Made by a program: the position numbers and the translations under genes. DNA of 64,000 nt from a virus, in the UHGV virus genome UHGV-0091695, one strand, 5' to 3'. Below are positions 19,636 through 27,923 of the stretch, one piece after another (within the stretch, counting starts at the first letter, position 1; each line of letters begins with the position of its first letter). The notes beneath the pieces are model-generated. The model was not told the DNA's origin, made no database searches, and saw only the letters and a program-made list of their open reading frames with translations.

Positions 19636-21664
19636 AATTTTATCTCATTAATGTTAGAAATTATCTTTATTGAATCCTTGGAATATTCCTCAATCATCTT
19701 CTCCACAAGCTCTTCCTCCCTTGTATTCTTGAAATAAGGTAGGATTATTATAGGAGATTTATGCCTGAGTATTCTTCCAACTCGCTGTTTGACTACAATC
19801 TCTGAACTATTCAAGTTACAGAATATACCTATTCTACAATTAGTCAAGTTCACCTTTACCACTACAATTTTCATTGCCATTTCTGTTTGTGGTCTGGACT
19901 ATATTTTCACCAAAGAATCTATTTGTACATCCAAGAACTATCTTATATATGCTTTGAGGGTTCTTATATCCAAACTTAATAGCCATTCTTTCGTAGAAAT
20001 CTTTATTCTTTCTACTCGGTAGTGCCCTACCCTCTTTAATGAATTGTTCTTTTATATATGCAATCTGTCCTGGAGTTGCTATTCTATTAGGTCTTGCAAG
20101 ACTCAGTTTACTTTTATCTTGTAAACCTATATCATAGGCTCTCTTAGTGTTCTCAGAGCTACTTACATATTCAAGATTTTCAATTCTATTATCGTGAGAA
20201 TCTCCATTTATATGGTCTATTTCCCATTGAGGATATGGCCTTTCTCCTTCAAAAGCATACATTACTAATCTATGAACTAAAGGATTCACATGTTTTCCAT
20301 TAACCATAAAGCCAACACGTAAATATCCATGATAATCAGTTTGAGTAAGATAGTGCTCTTTCTTATTTCTAAATGTTCCATTCTTTGCAGGAACTTTTCT
20401 TGCTTTAGCTCTTACTCTACCCAAGTTACTTACTTCATAATTAGTATTAATAGTTACATCTTTCCAAGTTTCTTTAGTCTCTACCATTTCGATTTAATTT
20501 TTATATTAATATACTGCAAAGGTGATAATAATTAACTTAATACACAAATTCAGGATATTAAATAAACTTAAATCTACTCCCCTTCTGAGGGATAGTCTCT
20601 ACACCTTCAATACATCTTATAAATGATGTAAGGCTTGGCTCGGTATTACCAACTACCCATTACTGGGCTTCAGGCTTTCTTAGTCAGCTTATTCTCTTTA
20701 TTATCTCACTGATACCGAATTAGATAGATAGGGGCGTGATTTATTCACCCTCATTGAGTATATTGCAAGCAGTTATATGCTTAACTTCATTATTATTAAA
20801 CATATCAAGGTTCTTTATAGAATCCTTATTCTTTGAGGTTATATTGTACTTGCCTAACCTCTCTGACTGCTCTATACTACTGCAAAAGGTGAGAGTCTTG
20901 TAGTCTTTGAACTTATCAAGAAGGGATAGCACAATAGGCTCTTTCTGTTCAGAAAGCCACTTAAGTCTCTTGCCAGCAGAGGATAACCATAAGTTCTTTA
21001 TTCTCCCTCCCCTTGAATTAAGGTACTTAGCTTTGTACCATTCTATGAGAGAGGACATAATATTGTAGTAACCTCTTTGTGTGGTTATTACATCCTTCTT
21101 GAATCTCTTAGCTTTGTAAGAAGGCCTTATATTGTCAAGAACAAGGGGTATCAAATATACTGTAGGCTCAGGTAATATTTTATCTATTACAGCCTCCTTA
21201 AGGTCACATTTTATGAATCTGGCACTATAACGCCATCTAAGATAGTTCCTCAAATCATTATTTACAGTAGCTGAAAGACCTATGAGTGCCTCTTCAATCT
21301 TAATGGTCTCTAGAATATCCCTTCTGGCCTCACTAAGATGCTGCACCTCATCCATTACAACTACATCAAATGTGCTATTCTTATACTTTCTAAAGGACTC
21401 ATAGCACTCAATGGTAACATAATCAGTCTTGAGTCCTCCCCATTTCTCTATCTCATTAGCCCAAGTCTGCTTATGTACAGCCTTTGCCACGAGAATAAGG
21501 ACTGATGTAGGCTGCCCATAGGCATTGAATACCCTGTTACATATATGGTTTACAAGATCTATTGCTACCTTAGTCTTTCCATATCCTGTAATAAGCTCCA
21601 ATATAAGACATTTAGACTTATCAATATAAGACAAAGCTAAATTATTTATCTCTTCTCTTGTCAT
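19632..21664 (-). CDS. SF2 (DExD/H) helicase, two exons (20747-21664 and 19632-19853), 379 aa spliced
   Basis: TGYGKT, DEVQH and GLSAT motifs; splicing restores motif V LNEG|VNL; motif VI QRVGRILR is in exon 2. Confidence 0.9.
19840..20487 (-). CDS. NUMOD4-HNH homing endonuclease (intron-encoded, between R and S)
   Basis: WKDV...YEVSNLGRVR and VHRLV...IDHINGDSHDNRIENLEYV...EN motifs. Confidence 0.93.
   Translation of the reverse strand: MVETKETWKDVTINTNYEVSNLGRVRAKARKVPAKNGTFRNKKEHYLTQTDYHGYLRVGFMVNGKHVNPLVHRLVMYAFEGERPYPQWEIDHINGDSHDNRIENLEYVSSSENTKRAYDIGLQDKSKLSLARPNRIATPGQIAYIKEQFIKEGRALPSRKNKDFYERMAIKFGYKNPQSIYKIVLGCTNRFFGENIVQTTNRNGNENCSGKGELD
19854..20746 (-). mobile_element. Group I intron in SF2 helicase motif V
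   Basis: Exon ends GGGU and pairs with IGS GCCC (U.G); IGS TCAC can pair with 3' exon GTGA (P10); R element GTAGAGACTA, S element AATATAGTCC, terminal G. Confidence 0.92.
20517..20548 (-). promoter_or_regulatory. Intron-internal promoter for the HNH ORF
   Basis: TTTG-N20-CACCTTTG (one mismatch to TAnnTTTG). Confidence 0.5.
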
Positions 21665-21691
21665 TTTTATTTATCATCTTTTGTTGTTCAT

Positions 21692-22162
21692 CTACGGTGG
21701 AATTATTTTCTCTATAGCTTTAACCTTCCTAATATAATCCTGGTCAGCTGCATAGCCAATACTGTCTAAGAACTCATAGTAGTTACCTCCCTTGTACTTA
21801 TATTCAATCAATGCCTGATATGCAAGTATTGCATCACTCCAATGCTTGAATTTATAGTAGTCTTTCCTATAACTGTTATAAAGTCCAAAGGGGTTATTAT
21901 ACTTCTTGAATACCTCAGACTTGAAGTTACCTGATTCAAGTATAGCCTGTGCAGTAACTATTGAAGGATATTTCACTCCATAATACTCACAAGCTATAAG
22001 CATATTTACACCAGTAGCTTCTTGGTCCTTGAAGAAGTCATCATACTTCTCATGTACTATAATCACTTCCTTTATGTCAGGAGGAGCATCCTTATTCCTT
22101 ACAGCTACTGTCAATGCAATAAGCCATAAGAATATAATAGGATAAATTATTAAATGTTTCAT
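21692..22162 (-). CDS. Membrane-anchored glucosaminidase (GH73-like) peptidoglycan hydrolase
   Basis: N-terminal TM; AQAILESG, NNPFGL and GYAADQDY motifs. Confidence 0.85.
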   Translation of the reverse strand: MKHLIIYPIIFLWLIALTVAVRNKDAPPDIKEVIIVHEKYDDFFKDQEATGVNMLIACEYYGVKYPSIVTAQAILESGNFKSEVFKKYNNPFGLYNSYRKDYYKFKHWSDAILAYQALIEYKYKGGNYYEFLDSIGYAADQDYIRKVKAIEKIIPP

Positions 22163-22163
22163 A

Positions 22164-22487
22164 CTAAATAGGTTTTGTTAAGAATCTCATGACCTTCTTG
22201 AATATCCTGTGAAAGACATTCTTGTCACTCAGTTCTATCACCCGATACCTATATTTCCAATTAGAAATCTTCCTTGAAGCAAGGAATGTGAAGAATATAT
22301 GGTAAACTATAAACAGTATAACATTGAATACTGGCAATAGATAGAAGATAGCTATGATGATACCAAACCACAGTGGCACCCTAGCCTCATTAACCTTATC
22401 ATTATAGTGATACACTGCAATTACAGTACCTCTCCAAGAGAGGTATGTGATCACAGTGAATATCACTCCAAGTACTAACCAACTCAC
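22164..22487 (-). CDS. Hypothetical membrane protein
   Basis: Hydrophobic segments. Confidence 0.6.
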   Translation of the reverse strand: MSWLVLGVIFTVITYLSWRGTVIAVYHYNDKVNEARVPLWFGIIIAIFYLLPVFNVILFIVYHIFFTFLASRKISNWKYRYRVIELSDKNVFHRIFKKVMRFLTKPI

Positions 22488-22495
22488 TACTTTCT

Positions 22496-22953
22496 TATTT
22501 TACTTAAATCCAAGAATGTTGATGTATTGGAGCCAGTCATAACTGAAAGCAGTTAAGCTGAACCCTAAAGGCATCCTTTACATAATTATAGATTGTGGTG
22601 TTTATCACATCACCAAGCTCCTTCCTATATTTCTTAAAGATTTGAGGTGACTTACCATCTACAATTTTCAATGATACAGTAGGGTCAACTGTGAACTCTG
22701 AACCATCCTGTGCATTGATGGTAAAAGGCTTATAATCCACTGTCTGTACAAAGGTAGGATACTCATAGATTGCAGTAGTCCAAGGATTGTACCATACAGC
22801 TCCAGTAACCAATGATACATCATCTACACCTTTGTCTGAACCATAGAGGTTTACCTTAATGCCTTCATAACCTCCATCAATTTTCTCCCTATAACTGCTG
22901 AAACTCAATACAGCTAAAAGGGCTACCATAAGCCCAAGAAATTTACTCTTCAT
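22496..22953 (-). pseudogene. SPFH/band-7 lipoprotein-type gene, truncated by probable internal deletion
   Basis: SPFH N-terminal half (GIKVNLYG...YPTFVQ...DG.EF.VD) stops at 138 aa; a plausible C-terminus (VMTGSNTSTFLDLSK) follows out of frame; lipobox position reads FSSY. Confidence 0.65.
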
Positions 22954-22968
22954 GTTCTTTGTTTTTTT

Positions 22969-23223
22969 TTATAAGTTATCAAATTCTGTTTGTACTTCCT
23001 TTAACCTTCTCTCAATCCTTGCAATGGCAAGTAGTTTTAAGTCCTCAAAGTTAATGAAGGCATCATCAACCTGTAGGACTCTACCTATATGGCCATAGTT
23101 GTCCCTATTACAAACCTCAAGACTTTTAATCTCTTGACCTACTTCCCATCTTTTCTTCTGGTCTTCAAGCCAAGCTATCTTCTTAAGAAGTGCTTCACCT
23201 TTCTTAATTTTCTCTTCAGTCAT
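22969..23223 (-). CDS. Hypothetical protein
   Basis: ORF track. Confidence 0.6.
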   Translation of the reverse strand: MTEEKIKKGEALLKKIAWLEDQKKRWEVGQEIKSLEVCNRDNYGHIGRVLQVDDAFINFEDLKLLAIARIERRLKEVQTEFDNL

Positions 23224-23419
23224 CTTTCTTTATTTTATTAGTTACTACTAAATACATCACTGCAATACCTAATGCTGTTGTCACTCCTATACCTAGAGCT
23301 CCAAGAATATTAAGTAATGTATCTGGAGCTGATACAAGTACAAAACAACCATTGATTGCAATGATGAATACAATTAACCATGCAACCAAATATAAGAATG
23401 CTGATATAAATTTTATCAT
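23216..23419 (-). CDS. Small two-TM membrane protein
   Basis: Two hydrophobic helices and a basic tail. Confidence 0.6.
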   Translation of the reverse strand: MIKFISAFLYLVAWLIVFIIAINGCFVLVSAPDTLLNILGALGIGVTTALGIAVMYLVVTNKIKKDD

Positions 23420-23636
23420 AACCTAAAACAGTTTAATATATACTCTACCTTCATATTCACCTTTCCAGTTGAATTTATTATACCAAAGGAATAGTATATA
23501 CTTATTACCAGAGAGAACTAAATCAAGTTTAGGGTCATACCTAGTAAAAGTCTTTATTAGGAATATAATTCCTGATAAAGACATTAAGACTATAAAGAAC
23601 TCCATACTTCTATAATATAAATGATGATGTTACTGT

Positions 23637-24032
23637 TTAATCATCAAATACCTTATAGGTATAAGATATTCCTCCAAAGCCCTCACATAACCTCTTTAGG
23701 TTAGCTTCAAGCCTTGCATCAGGACTCATGTTCCTCCACTGCCACATTTTGTATGGAGGAACAATTCCTTCTGTACTCCTCATAAGCTTGTAGGCTTCTG
23801 TGCATAAGTTTACAGACCTCCTGACAGTTCTACATTTTCTTGTCTTGAAGTGCATTACTACAGGCTTTGTAACCTCTTTCTTGGTCTTTTCATTATACAC
23901 TTTGTCTTCCACCTTTAATCTAAAGGCGTCAAATCCCATGCCTGCTTTTTCTTTCTCAAGCTGTTCAGCCTCAGCTTGGGTAAGCATTACACCACCTGGT
24001 AATGTAATACTCATTGAAATCTTAGTTTCCAT
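23637..24032 (-). CDS. Conserved hypothetical protein
   Basis: ORF track. Confidence 0.7.
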   Translation of the reverse strand: METKISMSITLPGGVMLTQAEAEQLEKEKAGMGFDAFRLKVEDKVYNEKTKKEVTKPVVMHFKTRKCRTVRRSVNLCTEAYKLMRSTEGIVPPYKMWQWRNMSPDARLEANLKRLCEGFGGISYTYKVFDD

Positions 24033-24092
24033 TTTTATACCTAAAAATATATCCTTTAAGTTTATTTGACTTATAAAACTTCCCTCTCAATT

Positions 24093-24503
24093 TCACTCAT
24101 TTTCTTCTTCCTTTCCCATAGACTGCAAAGCAGCTGCCATAAGCATAAGACCTTTGAGAGGATTCCCTTTAGTTACCTCATGCAAGCGAGTCATGACAGC
24201 AGATGTAATTACTTCCTTCTGCCCATTAAGAATAGTATCCTGCATTATGATAGGGAGCTTGCTAAGCATACAGGAGACAAGAATTCCCTTGAACTCATCA
24301 TTCTCAATGAGGCTCATGGCTTTCTTAGCAAGAGTAAGGGCTTCTTCTGCTCTTCCCTCTCCAAGCTTTTTTGCATCCTCAATAAAGATCTCTTCCATGC
24401 TTTTGATGAGGTCATCATCTAAGTGATCAGTTACACCTAAGATTTCACCTACTTGTGCCTTCAAGTCCTCGACTCTCTCGACACTTTCTTTAGCTTTTGT
24501 CAT
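24093..24503 (-). CDS. Hypothetical protein (likely start MTKAKES)
   Basis: ORF track. Confidence 0.65.
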   Translation of the reverse strand: MTKAKESVERVEDLKAQVGEILGVTDHLDDDLIKSMEEIFIEDAKKLGEGRAEEALTLAKKAMSLIENDEFKGILVSCMLSKLPIIMQDTILNGQKEVITSAVMTRLHEVTKGNPLKGLMLMAAALQSMGKEEENE

Positions 24504-24552
24504 TTCCTTTTTATTTAAGTAATACAATATGTTAATTAACACAGTTACAAAT

Positions 24553-24586
24553 AAAAAAGGAGAGCCATATTTCTATGGCCCTCCTC
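24553..24586 (-). terminator. Intrinsic terminator closing the Ro60/Y-RNA unit
   Basis: GGAGGGCCAT-loop-ATGGCTCTCC followed by TTTTTT on the minus strand. Confidence 0.8.
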
Positions 24587-24732
24587 AGAGGTAGAACACC
24601 TTGTGGTGGTAAAATTGAGTATAATAACTACAGGAATCAGTCTATTATATCCTGTAGGGTTAAACATAAATGTATAATATATTGTAATATAATCTGCATT
24701 ATATGAAGTAACCATCACACTCACTAACCTCT
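24587..24732 (-). ncRNA. Y-RNA-like RNA unit E (ends paired, large AU-rich insert)
   Basis: AGAGGT-TAGTGAG-TGTGATGGT-TACTTCA ... TACCACCACA-AGGTGTTCT-ACCTCT. Confidence 0.75.
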
Positions 24733-24734
24733 TT

Positions 24735-24864
24735 TGCGGGGGAGACTGGACTCGAACCAATATACTTTCATTCAATAGATGAATGCTTGAAGTAACTCTT
24801 TGCTAACACTACTGCTTCCAGAGAATAACAGCTAGAGTATTGTAACCAATTAAGCTACTCCGCC
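24735..24864 (-). ncRNA. tRNA-scaffold RNA with inserted permuted Y module (unit D)
   Basis: Acceptor GGCGGAG/CTCCCCC, partial D arm TAGCTTAATTGG, T arm ATTGG-TTCGAGT-CCAGT; insert TACTCTAGCT-GTTATTCT-CTG-GAAG-CAG-TAGTGT-TAGCAAAGAGT-TACTTCA. Confidence 0.75.
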
Positions 24865-24876
24865 ATGTTTAATAAA

Positions 24877-24906
24877 ACCTCACCTATATTCACATACCAG
24901 TGAGGT
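24877..24906 (-). repeat. Pre-tRNA hairpin motif, copy 1
   Basis: ACCTCAC-TGGTATGTGAATATAG-GTGAGGT. Confidence 0.7.
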
Positions 24907-24943
24907 AAATTCATACAAAACCATTTCAATTCAACAACCTTAG

Positions 24944-25085
24944 GAGGGAGTACAGGACTCGAACCTGTGACCAAGGGATTAACAGTCTAACTTGAAGTAA
25001 CTCATATGCAACACCATCTAATCCTTAAGAGGAACACTGCACAGAGTATTATCAATCCTGCTCTACCTGACTGAGCTAACTCCCT
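24944..25085 (-). ncRNA. tRNA-Asn(GTT)-like scaffold with inserted permuted Y module (unit C)
   Basis: Acceptor AGGGAGT/ACTCCCT, D arm GCTC-AGTCAGGTA-GAGC, CTGTTAA loop sequence, T arm ACAGG-TTCGAGT-CCTGT; about 65 nt insert TACTCTGTGCA-GTGTTCC-TCT...AGA-TGGTGT-TGCATATGAGT-TACTTCA. Confidence 0.8.
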
Positions 25086-25093
25086 CATATAAA

Positions 25094-25170
25094 AACACCA
25101 TAGAACAAATGTCAGAGCACGATGTCACCATGAAAATATGAAGTATCTCTGAACTATCACTAATGGTGTT
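25094..25170 (-). ncRNA. Y-RNA-like RNA unit B
   Basis: AACACCAT-TAGTGAT-AGTTCAGAG-ATACTTCA ... CTCTGACAT-TTGTTCT-ATGGTGTT. Confidence 0.75.
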
Positions 25171-25177
25171 ATAGTAT

Positions 25178-25260
25178 AGCCTATAGAACAACTATCAGGG
25201 TATTTATGGAAACACTATTTTCGGCAGTATTGAAGTAACCCTGATATACACTAATAGGCT
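25178..25260 (-). ncRNA. Y-RNA-like RNA unit A
   Basis: AGCCTAT-TAGTGTA-TATCAGGGT-TACTTCA ... TACCCTGATA-GTTGTTCT-ATAGGCT; begins 7 nt after the Ro60 stop. Confidence 0.8.
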
Positions 25261-25267
25261 TTTATCC

Positions 25268-26680
25268 TTACTCTTCCTCAAACCTATTCTGCAAACCTTC
25301 CAAAGCTGCAATATAAGTCAGGAAGTGTTCTGACCAACCACTTACCTCAGCAGTCCATACACCTTTGTAGTTGACTCCTCTTGTATGAGCAGATACATCT
25401 ACAATATAATTGTATGTACCAAAAGGCTTAGGTATTCTTTTATCAGGATAATCACAGTCTTGCGAGTCTGAGAATATAATAATTCTATCAAACTTCTTAT
25501 CACTGAACTTAGACTTACACCATTCAAGGCATTGTCTGGTGAATATACCTCCACCACCAATTCTTCTCCTTGTTTCCATAATCTGAGGTGCTAAAGCAAA
25601 GCCTCTCTTAGGATATTGAATCCACTCTGAGGCTTGTATTCTAGAACCATCATTACCAGCAGTAGTTACAAGCTCATAGTCTTCACACTGATTAGCTGCT
25701 AAGATAGCCATAGCACAGGCTTGGTCAGTTCTATTGAATTGACTATTGCCTGAGGTTAAACTACCCATAGAACCTGATACATCTACTATAAATAATGTCT
25801 TACCAGGCAACTTAGGTAGGTGCTCATAAGCACCTATCATAGCATCCTCAATATCTCTCTCAAACTCAGGATTTATCCTTGCAGCTTTCCAGAAATCAAG
25901 AGGAAGGAGCATACTGCTCCTAAGATTAGCAAGACCTTCTTGAATAATCTTCCTGTCTACAGAGGCTCTCTGCATATTAGCTATGTTCCTCAGCATAGCA
26001 AGCCCACCTATCTTCTTTTCAGTGATGAGTTTAGTCCATGTGGCTTTCTTATCCTCACCTCTACTTAAGAGTACTTCCCAAGTCTCAGGTGGAGTAAGAG
26101 TTCTGTCAGCTACTTTCTTGAATAGCTCCTGCTCATACTGATTTCTAGGCTTAGCATGTACTAAGAACATGACATCTCTCAGCTTTATAGCTGCATCTCT
26201 GTCATATTTAGCCAGCTTGTACTCATTGAAGTTATGAAAGGCTAATTCAAGACCCTTCTTGACCTGATTTGCTATAGGTTTCTTACCATCCTTCCAGTAA
26301 ATAGCCAAGAAATCAGTGAGCATATCAGCTCTTGTGATAATCCTAGGCAGCAAGTCCTTCACAAATAACTTATGTTCAGGATACTTGCACATCTCTACTG
26401 CAATAAACAATGGTGTATGTCTCAGCTTCTGCATTAATCTAGCTTCAAGAGCTATATTATACACATCAATAGCAGGACACAGAGGTATTAACCTCTTAAT
26501 CTCATCAGCTACACTCACACCATCCATGTATGCTACATCTTCCCAAAGGAGATTAGCCAATACTGCTCTCCTAAGCAATGCTACATTAGATTGTCTTGCA
26601 GCTAAAGCACCAGAGCCACCAGCTAGCCTCCCAGTATCAAATTTAGGTGCTGGCTTAATTCTCGGATTTACTTTACTCAT
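25268..26680 (-). CDS. Ro60/Rsr-like TROVE + vWA domain RNA-binding protein
   Basis: LRHTP, RADMLTD, YKLAKY, LRDVMFLVHAKP, PETWEV and AMLRN motifs; vWA MIDAS DVSGSM; IIIFSDSQ. Confidence 0.92.
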   Translation of the reverse strand: MSKVNPRIKPAPKFDTGRLAGGSGALAARQSNVALLRRAVLANLLWEDVAYMDGVSVADEIKRLIPLCPAIDVYNIALEARLMQKLRHTPLFIAVEMCKYPEHKLFVKDLLPRIITRADMLTDFLAIYWKDGKKPIANQVKKGLELAFHNFNEYKLAKYDRDAAIKLRDVMFLVHAKPRNQYEQELFKKVADRTLTPPETWEVLLSRGEDKKATWTKLITEKKIGGLAMLRNIANMQRASVDRKIIQEGLANLRSSMLLPLDFWKAARINPEFERDIEDAMIGAYEHLPKLPGKTLFIVDVSGSMGSLTSGNSQFNRTDQACAMAILAANQCEDYELVTTAGNDGSRIQASEWIQYPKRGFALAPQIMETRRRIGGGGIFTRQCLEWCKSKFSDKKFDRIIIFSDSQDCDYPDKRIPKPFGTYNYIVDVSAHTRGVNYKGVWTAEVSGWSEHFLTYIAALEGLQNRFEEE

Positions 26681-26712
26681 AGTCTATACTGTTGTTTTTA
26701 TGTTTGACTTTG

Positions 26713-26763
26713 CAAAGGTAAGTCAAATATTTGATATAACCAAATATATATGACCTACCTTTG
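26713..26763 (-). promoter_or_regulatory. Promoter for Ro60 embedded in an imperfect palindrome
   Basis: Minus strand TTTG-N20-TACCTTTG (26713-26744); mirrored TTTG...TACCTTTG on the plus strand. Confidence 0.7.
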
Positions 26764-26897
26764 ACATTTAATTAACACTTAGAACCAATACTCACCTTCA
26801 TAAGTAGGGTCCAGAAAGGGAGATTCAATAAGCTCTCCTGTAGGCAAATCTTCCTTGAAATACATATCCTATTCAGACTTAATTTTATCTGCTGTTT

Positions 26898-27245
26898 TTA
26901 GTGCATATGATTTTTAATATAACACCATAATCTTAATAATACATGTTGCATACCTATAGCAGCTAATGTACAGATGATAATATCTTCCCATTTAGGTGGC
27001 TCATTCCATGAACTCCAATAAAGTATCATAATAAATATAGTAATCCATGTAGTACTGCAATATATACAAGCACCTAGAGGATTAGCTATCCAGCCTTTGA
27101 AGCCTCCTTCATTCTCAGACCAATCATCCAGTATAATTCCTATCCTATAGAATATGGAACCACTCTGTAATGTATAGTTGTAGAATATACCAACCAATGC
27201 AGCTACTATACCGAGTAGCATACATTCAAGAATAAGAATTATCAT
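26898..27245 (-). CDS. Membrane protein with CxxC (DUF1360-like)
   Basis: Three hydrophobic segments; LGACIYCSTTW. Confidence 0.6.
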   Translation of the reverse strand: MIILILECMLLGIVAALVGIFYNYTLQSGSIFYRIGIILDDWSENEGGFKGWIANPLGACIYCSTTWITIFIMILYWSSWNEPPKWEDIIICTLAAIGMQHVLLRLWCYIKNHMH

Positions 27246-27544
27246 AAGCCCAGTGCCTCTCTGTAATAGTTGAAGTTCCTATTCTCAATGAATGCATCAT
27301 CTGAGTAATGCTTAGCACCAGCATACCATCTGTCATAGCATTCCTTATCCATAACATCATTCAGTACTGCTATATAGTACAGCTCACCTTTGATGTCATG
27401 ATCACAGTGCATACATAAGAAGTGGCATTCATCCTCGGTGTTATCCTCATTTCTGGTCCATAAGCCCCAACCTACTTTCTTACCTTCTTCATGTGATAAG
27501 GCAATTACCTTGAATCCCTTATCATTTTGTACTACTCTTGCCAT
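27242..27544 (-). CDS. Hypothetical Zn-binding protein
   Basis: CMHC...YYIAVLN..M..EC motif. Confidence 0.65.
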   Translation of the reverse strand: MARVVQNDKGFKVIALSHEEGKKVGWGLWTRNEDNTEDECHFLCMHCDHDIKGELYYIAVLNDVMDKECYDRWYAGAKHYSDDAFIENRNFNYYREALGL

Positions 27545-27574
27545 AATTGCATAATTTGATTGTTAGTATTATTG

Positions 27575-27816
27575 TGGAGCTAGAGGGAGTCGAACCCTCG
27601 TCCTAACAGTCCTTAATATAAGGATTACACATGCTTACTATTTATTAATGTGGTTAGTTATCCAGGTTGCCTGAATTGACAACAGTCCACCACCTGCATT
27701 AATCTATGCAGGAAATCTACACATTAGGATGTGCCATTTGTACCTTTCTGTTCCTAAGCAAGCACTGCTCGGCCCTTAATCTACCTAAAGATGCATAAGC
27801 ATAACAAAATAGCCCC
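27575..27816 (-). ncRNA. tmRNA-like RNA (short, 242 nt, no evident tag ORF)
   Basis: Acceptor GGGGCTA/TAGCTCC with G3.U70 and A73; 3' end TAAGCATGTG...GGACGAGGGTTCGACTCCCTC as in tmRNA. Confidence 0.7.
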
Positions 27817-27923
27817 TTAAAGTAGTGCCAGCATACTCTATGCTCCAGTTCTTAGATACATAGATGTGATGCTGGCTGCACATTTTAACTACTATTATAT
27901 CATTTATAGCTAAAAAAGTCTCT

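Noticed and set aside
19789..19880. Independent start for ORF 19632-19880
   Set aside because: Its first codons are intron sequence; the rest is exon 2 of the SF2 helicase.
24545..24775. 76-aa ORF in the track
   Set aside because: Overlaps Y-like units D and E and the terminator; likely spurious.
24944..25085. tRNA with a self-splicing intron
   Set aside because: The insert is about 65 nt, has no group I/II core, and matches the neighbouring Y-like units.
24587..25260. Repeated TGAAGTAAC motif read as a CRISPR array
   Set aside because: Conserved islands are under 10 nt, spacing is irregular, units are self-complementary stems, and no cas genes are present.
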